Positions 59,301 through 64,000 of a stretch of DNA of 64,000 bases are shown piece after piece. Origin of the DNA: Phoronis australis (lineage: Eukaryota; Animalia; Phoronida); assembly GCA_002633005.1 (NCBI GenBank), contig NMRA01000402.1:87663-151662 (forward strand). The letters run 5' to 3'. A program made the position numbers and the translations under genes. The stretch's first letter is position 1. Each line of letters opens with the position of its first letter. Under the pieces are notes generated by a model that was not told the origin of the DNA, searched no databases, and saw only the letters and a list, made by a program, of their open reading frames with translations.

Positions 59301-61304
59301 TGCTGTAATCTCTGATAAGATATTACAGTACCTAGCCTGACTGTATTGTACTGTAGAAATAAAAGACAAGTTATAAACAGTTTGAACATTAACCAATAAC
59401 AATTCTAAATTCCTCGTCAAATGCTGATTATGTTTACTTTTTCAATCACCAAAATTTCCCAATTACAACCCAAATTAAGACAATTTGTCCCAACCTATTA
59501 CAGTTTCATTAACTCTTTGAAGCATGGTAGATAATTGGCCTGCATGTTGCCATACCAGACAAAACCCAACAGATCAAAAATCAGATAGATTCTGTTAACC
59601 AACCTTATGGTTTTATAGCAGTGACCTGCAGACTGGGCCAAAAAGTATTTTCTACAGGAACTTTTGCCATGGAGGCATAGTCTTTATAAAGGACTTGATT
59701 TCCCCAGACGGTAACATTTTGAACTATAATATTGTGGATGTTTTAGGTAAAACAAACTTTATGGAGTATAATAGTCTAATTTCAGTGATATTTAAGTACC
59801 AAGTAACAATAATGTGCTATTGATAGAGTTGTTAGTTTTGGTGCCTATTGTCCTGTTATGCCAACGATTTTAATGAAACTGAAAAGTGGTGGGAGATGAT
59901 GTCAACATATTTGTACACAATTAAATTATAGTTCCGAAGTCTCAAAAGCGGAGTCAAAATGGGCCAAAGAACTGAACGTAAATACAAATAATTTTTCATG
60001 GGAAGATATTTATTCCCTTCTATATAACACAAGAGACCCAAGAATTAGGTGGCTTCAGTTCAGACTCTTTATGAGAATTTTGACTACTAACTCATTTTTA
60101 AAAATAATTCAAGTTACGGATGAGGACTCTTGTTAATATTGTGGACAATCGAAAGAGACTTTGAAATAATTATTTTGGGAATGTAAAACAGTAAATTCAT
60201 TTTTTTACAAATTAAAGTTAATAACGAAATTTTAAACAATGCAAATCCCCTTTGTGTCGGTACTCTTTCCTGTAACAATTTTGTTTTTGGCTTTTTCGAT
60301 AAAAAGGAAAATTTTAAAAACATTGTTTCATTATTGGGTGAACAGATTTTTTATACCCAAAAGTAAAGAATACTTCTAAGTAGGTTTTTTAACTTCATCA
60401 AACAATATTCCATGAATGAAAAAAGATGGCGTAACTTTGAAACTGTTTTTCATAGCAGTCGGGAGGATTAGTTGTGGGGTATGCGCGCGCGCGTGCGTGC
60501 GTGTGTGTGTGCGTGTGTGTGTCGGTGGTGGTGTTGTCTTATTGTGTTAAATTGTAAATGTTCTCATTGCATAAAAACTCAACAGTTAACAAATGAGCCA
60601 GATGTTATCTGATGCTCAGAACGTGAATAGTCTGATAAGTCATTGAACCACAGAAGGTCCTAATGAATTTTTAGTGCCTTTGTCTAATTACCCCCTTGCA
60701 TAGCTTTGTATTCAGGATTCCAATCACTTTCATTTTCTGTGTTTTTTAGATCCATAAGTGAAATGTTTGAGTCGACTATTGAACTTGAGGTATGGATTGT
60801 CACTTAAATTTTATACTCGTGGCATGTGACTTACGCAGTATGCAGTTACACTTGTCTAGTTGCTTGCAGAATTTTACTTAGCTAGAGCCGCCCTGGATGT
60901 TTTAGATGCTGAGTGATGTGTTAAAAGACATTTTGTACATGAAGAAAACAACAAATTTGATTTGACTCAAAATGATAATTACCAAAACTACCCCGGTGCC
61001 AACATGGTTGCTGTGTGTGATTTAAATTGTGTAAAGCACCGATGAATGGCAATACAGCAATGTCATGGTTGCTATAATCTAACGCTCTTATACGCGTGGG
61101 CCTAGTTTGGAAGGTGTATTGTTTTGTTGAGGCTATTGGACTGATTTTTATCTTGGGTTTCGTAACTGGAAATTTGCATATTATCATTTTTTCAGAAATG
61201 GCGAGAAACCAACATCCATGACTGGAACTTGCATGGGCTGGATGCTGTCATTTGTCCTGGCTCAGGGCCAGCTCTACCAATTGGCTACCCTGAAAGAGCA
61301 TCAC
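44079..61304 (+). CDS. FAAH: Fatty-acid amide hydrolase 1-like / VDHAP-like amidase-signature enzyme, 3'-partial (last ~2 exons beyond the window)
   Basis: join(44079-44303,44893-45006,46061-46117,47177-47263,48089-48222,49481-49687,50181-50221,51379-51503,53546-53671,56113-56210,57605-57704,58911-58954,60750-60789,61196-61304), ~502 codons, open throughout. It has an N-terminal hydrophobic helix plus basic stretch, GLLYGVPVSVKD (catalytic Lys), GAIPFMKTNVPQ, SPGGSTGGE (cis-Ser), GSDIGGSCRIP (nucleophile Ser), GPLARDVDSL and DP.VVPLPF. No stop codon is reached. Confidence 0.9.
44893..45006 (+). CDS. FAAH: FAAH exon (DILQRVEQITSLSLVELQSKLNSGELKPAECLLAYQAK)
   Basis: tttttacag| ... AAG|gtaaca, 114 nt. 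Confidence 0.9.
46061..46117 (+). CDS. FAAH: FAAH exon (AIREDAKYNFVTEYIQEAT)
   Basis: ctcgttcag| ... ACG|gtaagt. Confidence 0.87.
46708..47080. mobile_element. MITE with imperfect TIRs (Harbinger-like)
   Basis: tccacacacagacttaccctagaacaa / ttgttctacagtaggctgtgtgtgga; internal gtgtggac and ttgttctagggtaa subrepeats. Confidence 0.6.
47177..47263 (+). CDS. FAAH: FAAH exon (DEAQQLDPNQSKGLLYGVPVSVKDMFFVK)
   Basis: ttttatcag| ... AAG|gtttgg; catalytic Lys motif. Confidence 0.92.
48089..48222 (+). CDS. FAAH: FAAH exon (GYESCCG...LKKQGAIPFMKTNVPQTMYS)
   Basis: attgacag| ... AG|gtagta. Confidence 0.92.
49481..49687 (+). CDS. FAAH: FAAH amidase-signature exon (CDNPIYGQTKNP...SPGGSTGGE...GSDIGGSCRIPACYCGVCGLK)
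   Basis: ttttgttag| ... AG|gtaaaa, 207 nt. Confidence 0.95.
50181..50221 (+). CDS. FAAH: FAAH exon (KKGVLPFYAGNTA)
   Basis: aatttcag| ... A|gtaagt, 41 nt; phases fit both neighbours. Confidence 0.83.
51379..51503 (+). CDS. FAAH: FAAH exon (IKSCLGPLARDVDSL...KLDPDVVPLPFRDE)
   Basis: ttttccag| ... GAG|gtctgt. Confidence 0.92.
51722..51973. repeat. Perfect 85-bp inverted repeat (Tc1/mariner-pogo-like MITE, TA|CAGT...ACTG|TA, or a contig-end artefact)
   Basis: 51722-51806 is the exact reverse complement of 51889-51973, which stops at N 51974; a diverged third arm lies at ~52112-52182. Confidence 0.8.
53546..53671 (+). CDS. FAAH: FAAH exon (IYDSQKPLKIGYF...RAVMLAKQSLERLGHE)
   Basis: tctctacag| ... 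GAG|gtaggg. Confidence 0.92.
54196..55360 (+). mobile_element. Second HINE/Helentron-like copy (FAAH intron)
   Basis: 5' gtgtgtccaca..tgtggtcacat IR plus (CTGT)n, internal monomers with gccacttagtgg / gcaccccctagtgg / gtgccctctggtg, and 3' atggacgcat...ttgctcttg|ttt as in copy 1. Confidence 0.72.
56113..56210 (+). CDS. FAAH: FAAH exon (VVLWEPKDFFLATAKFWTSRMFADQGAEYVETL)
   Basis: attttcag| ... TT|gtgagc, 98 nt. Confidence 0.85.
57605..57704 (+). CDS. FAAH: FAAH exon (KYDKIAPCIKLLYRFLSMPSLMKKLLPWLIKAF)
   Basis: ctctttgcag| ... TTT|gtatgt; amphipathic membrane-cap-like helix. Confidence 0.85.
57849..58359. mobile_element. hAT-like MITE
   Basis: Perfect 13-bp TIRs CAGGGCTTGGAAT / ATTCCAAGCCCTG, TTCCGCG subterminal repeats; flanks only partly duplicated (ctaaat/ctaatt). 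Confidence 0.7.
58911..58954 (+). CDS. FAAH: FAAH exon (DSTSANVLKGLCGFQ)
   Basis: cttttttcag| ... CA|gtaaga; phases fit. Confidence 0.78.
59600..60450 (+). mobile_element. Decayed L1/Tx1-clade LINE ORF2 3' fragment (zf-RVT region)
   Basis: From 59999: WEDIYSLLYNTRDPRIRWLQFRLFMRILTTNSFLKIIQVTDEDSC*YCGQSKETLK*LFWECKTVNSFF (C-x2-C...ET..[H]LFWEC with two stops). Upstream KSIFYRNFCHGGIVFIKDLISPDG. Confidence 0.8.
60483..60522. repeat. (GC)n(GT)n microsatellite
   Basis: gcgcgcgcgcgtgcgtgcgtgtgtgtgtgcgtgtgtgtgt. Confidence 0.9.
60750..60789 (+). CDS. FAAH: FAAH exon (SISEMFESTIELE)
   Basis: gttttttag| ... GAG|gtatgg, 40 nt. Confidence 0.8.
61196..61304 (+). CDS. FAAH: FAAH exon (KWRETNIHDWNLHGLDAVICPGSGPALPIGYPERAS)
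   Basis: ttttttcag| ... C|gtatgt, 109 nt; LD.VI.P motif. Confidence 0.88.
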
Positions 61305-62458
61305 GTATGTAGGAATAAGAGCCGCATATGAGGGCAATTTTATATTTTCCTCTGTATCTTTGTGGTTCCTTGATGGCTTTTCATGAAATTCGGAAAATAG
61401 GTTTTTGGTACGGAGGCGATGATGCCATATCATTTTCTGATAGATTCAAAATATTTTAAACCACCTTGTGCCCATTTTGTTATTTTTGTGTCTGTTTTCT
61501 GGCGTCCGAGTCTCTATGTGCCATACCGCTCAAATGATCATTACGAAGACTTTCCAGATGTGTTGCTGATAAGAAGGACATGACTGATGTTGACTTTCGG
61601 ACTGGTCTGAATACTGTGGCACCCCCTAGTGACAATTTTGTTTTCTTTTGCGTATACAGTGGCATCTCTACCCTTTAAAGGAACTTGGTGAAATTTGAGA
61701 TATATTCCTTAGGAGCCATTGACAAATGGTAACGAGGTGTTGAATTGGTCAAGATATCACTGTGCACACTTGTGTAGCATTTTTTATGTTCTCTGTATTT
61801 TCGGATTTCAGTAAATGTATTTTCATGAAATTCAGCAAATAGGTTTCTATTAAAGGCGAAGGCAACCTTTTTCCATGTCNACCAATTGGCTACCCTGAAA
61901 GAGCATCACGTATGTAGGAATAAGAGCCGCATATGAGGGCAATTTTATATTTTCCTCTGTATCTTTGTGGTTCCTTGATGGCTTTTCATGAAATTCGGAA
62001 AATAGGTTTTTGGTACGGAGGCGATGATGCCATATCATTTTCTGATAGATTCAAAATATTTTAAACCACCTTGTGCCCATTTTGTTATTTTTGTGTCTGT
62101 TTTCTGGCGTCCGAGTCTCTATGTGCCATACCGCTCAAATGATCATTACGAAGACTTTCCAGATGTGTTGCTGATAAGAAGGACATGACTGATGTTGACT
62201 TTCGGACTGGTCTGAATACTGTGGCACCCCCTAGTGACAATTTTGTTTTTTTTTGCGTCTACAGTGGCATCTCTACCCTTTAAAGGAACTTTGTGAAATT
62301 TGAGATACATTCCTTAGGAGCCATTGACAAATGGTAACGAGGTGTTGAATTGGTCAAGATATCACTGTGCACACTTGCAGCATTTTTTTTTACGTTCTCT
62401 GTATTTTCGGATTTCAGTAAATGTATTTTCATGAAATTCAGCAAATAGGTTTCTATTA
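61276..62458 (+). repeat. ~580-bp direct duplication across scaffold N (61276-61852 / 61881-62458)
   Basis: Copy 2 starts immediately after N 61880 with accaattggctaccctgaaag; only a handful of substitutions and indels. Confidence 0.9.
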
Positions 62459-63333
62459 AGGAGATGATAATGCTATCACATTCTCACACAGACGTGGTGT
62501 TATCTGCGCCACCTGGTGGCCATTTTTTGATTTTTGCGTCCACTTTCTGGCATCCTCCTCACTATCTCCTATACTACTTAAAGGATCATTATGAGAATTT
62601 GCAGAATGAGTTCCTCAGTGATGAGAAGGCCAAGACTCAAGTTGCCTTTACGACTGGTCCGACTACTATGTGGCCTTCTTGTTTTTTTTTTGCGTCTGCG
62701 GCCAAATCTACTTAACCCATCGAAGGAGCTTTGTGAAAATTTGAAAGGTGTATTCCTATGAAGCCGTCGACTAACTGTAATGAGGGTTGAACTGATCCAA
62801 ATACTACTGTGCCCCACTAATTTGGCAAAAAAAGTTTCTATTAAGGAGATGACAGCTCCTTAACATTTGCTGAGCCTCTCAAAGGACAATTATGAAAATT
62901 GACAGTTGTGTTTCCGGTGGGAAAACCCTGGTTGGTATTGATTTTCGGATGTTTTATACTATTCTGGCACCCCTTTGAGCAATTTTGCTTTTTTTCATCT
63001 CCGGCTATGTCTCCTTAACCTTTTGAAGGATCTTTGTGACATTTGGCAGATGGGCTTAATTCTTTCCACATGTCAACAGATGATGATGAGTTTCGGACCA
63101 ATTGAAATATAGCTGTGCCCCCTAGTGTCAATTGTTTTTATGTTTGCTTCTGTATCTTAGGATTTTCTTGGCTTATTTCCATGAAATTTGTCAATTAGTT
63201 GACCGTATATTACAGGGGTGACATCTTCTCAATTCGGATGGGTTTGACGCATTTTTGGCCATCTATTGGCTGTTTTTATGATACTAAAAACACACATAGA
63301 AGCTCAAAGCACTATGCTCCACGTTGCTCTTCT
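61320..63333 (+). mobile_element. Third HINE-family copy (5'-truncated; partly doubled by the 605-bp duplication)
   Basis: Monomers with gcaccccctagtga, gcgccacctggtggcca (~62507) and gtgccccctagtg; 3' end gctccacgttgctctt resembles the copy 1 hairpin and terminus. Confidence 0.68.
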
Positions 63334-63807
63334 AAAAACAGAATCTGCTGTTAAAAATTGAGTCTGTTGAGTGAGTGAAAAAAAAAAAGTTTGACTGCAA
63401 CAGAATAAAAGAGATTGTCATGTATTGCACCTGCTGCTCCTTTGTTAAGTAACTGTTCCTGTCTTCCGTCTCTCATACTAAGACTGACTAGGCTTGTGTA
63501 CCGAACCACATATTAAAGATGTATCTGTATGCTCCTAACTATGCTAATGTATAACCGGAACTATCCGCCAATGCTATTTGAACATCATCCACGCTTAACA
63601 AAGTGCTGTCACAACTTGCAAATGTGGAAACAAATTTCTGCAAATAAGTGGCCTTTGCACTAATGACATACCTTGGGGGATCACATAGCCCACATCATGC
63701 AGTGTTATTCCCCAACACCACGTCGCGATACTTACTGGATACTGCTGAGTGATTTATGGTGGATCATTTTCAACACAAAACTCTTCAAAGGTCTGCGTAT
63801 TTGGATA

Positions 63808-64000
63808 AAACTTGGCATGTAGGCATTTATTAGTGAGATGACACTATCCACCCGTTTTCGGATAGAATCAACGTAATTTCCAGCACCTAGTGGCCATTTT
63901 TACTGTTTTTGAGTATGTTTTTAGTCGTCCACCTCTCTATCAACCAAACCGCTCTAAGTATGATTCTGGAAATTTGCATGTATGCTCTTACTATGAAGAG
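63808..64000 (+). mobile_element. Fourth HINE-family copy, running off the window end
   Basis: catgtaggcat.tattagtgag.tgac.ctatccac...caacgtaattt...cacctagtggcc...ctctatcaaccaaaccgctctaag matches 26351-26493. Confidence 0.75.

Noticed and set aside
62460-64000. Remaining FAAH exons (expected YT..YN.L..PAG.VP and GLP.GVQ motifs)
   Set aside because: I did not find them in this interval, which is mostly HINE sequence; they presumably lie beyond the window.

Overview
AT-rich, intron-rich eukaryotic (invertebrate animal-like) genomic DNA, with no prokaryotic features and no CRISPR. It holds two spliced + strand genes that I rebuilt by hand. The first is a complete importin-13 (IPO13; 25 coding exons, 12159-38852, 941 aa, one GC-AG intron). 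The second is a FAAH1-type fatty-acid amide hydrolase (14 exons seen, 44079-61304) that continues past the window end. Upstream lies a minus-strand tRNA-Arg(ACG) cluster with 2 intact and 2 degenerate copies. The introns carry Helentron/HINE-like elements whose ~150-bp internal monomers each bear a CTCF-like motif, several MITEs, an L1/Tx1 3' fragment and Penelope-type hammerhead remnants. A 27-copy 53-bp minisatellite has amplified the 3' end and splice donor of IPO13 exon 20. Four single-N scaffold joins (4982, 43935, 51974, 61880) sit next to possible assembly artefacts. Most ORFs in the supplied track are spurious or are exon fragments. Family assignments come from recalled motifs, not from database searches.
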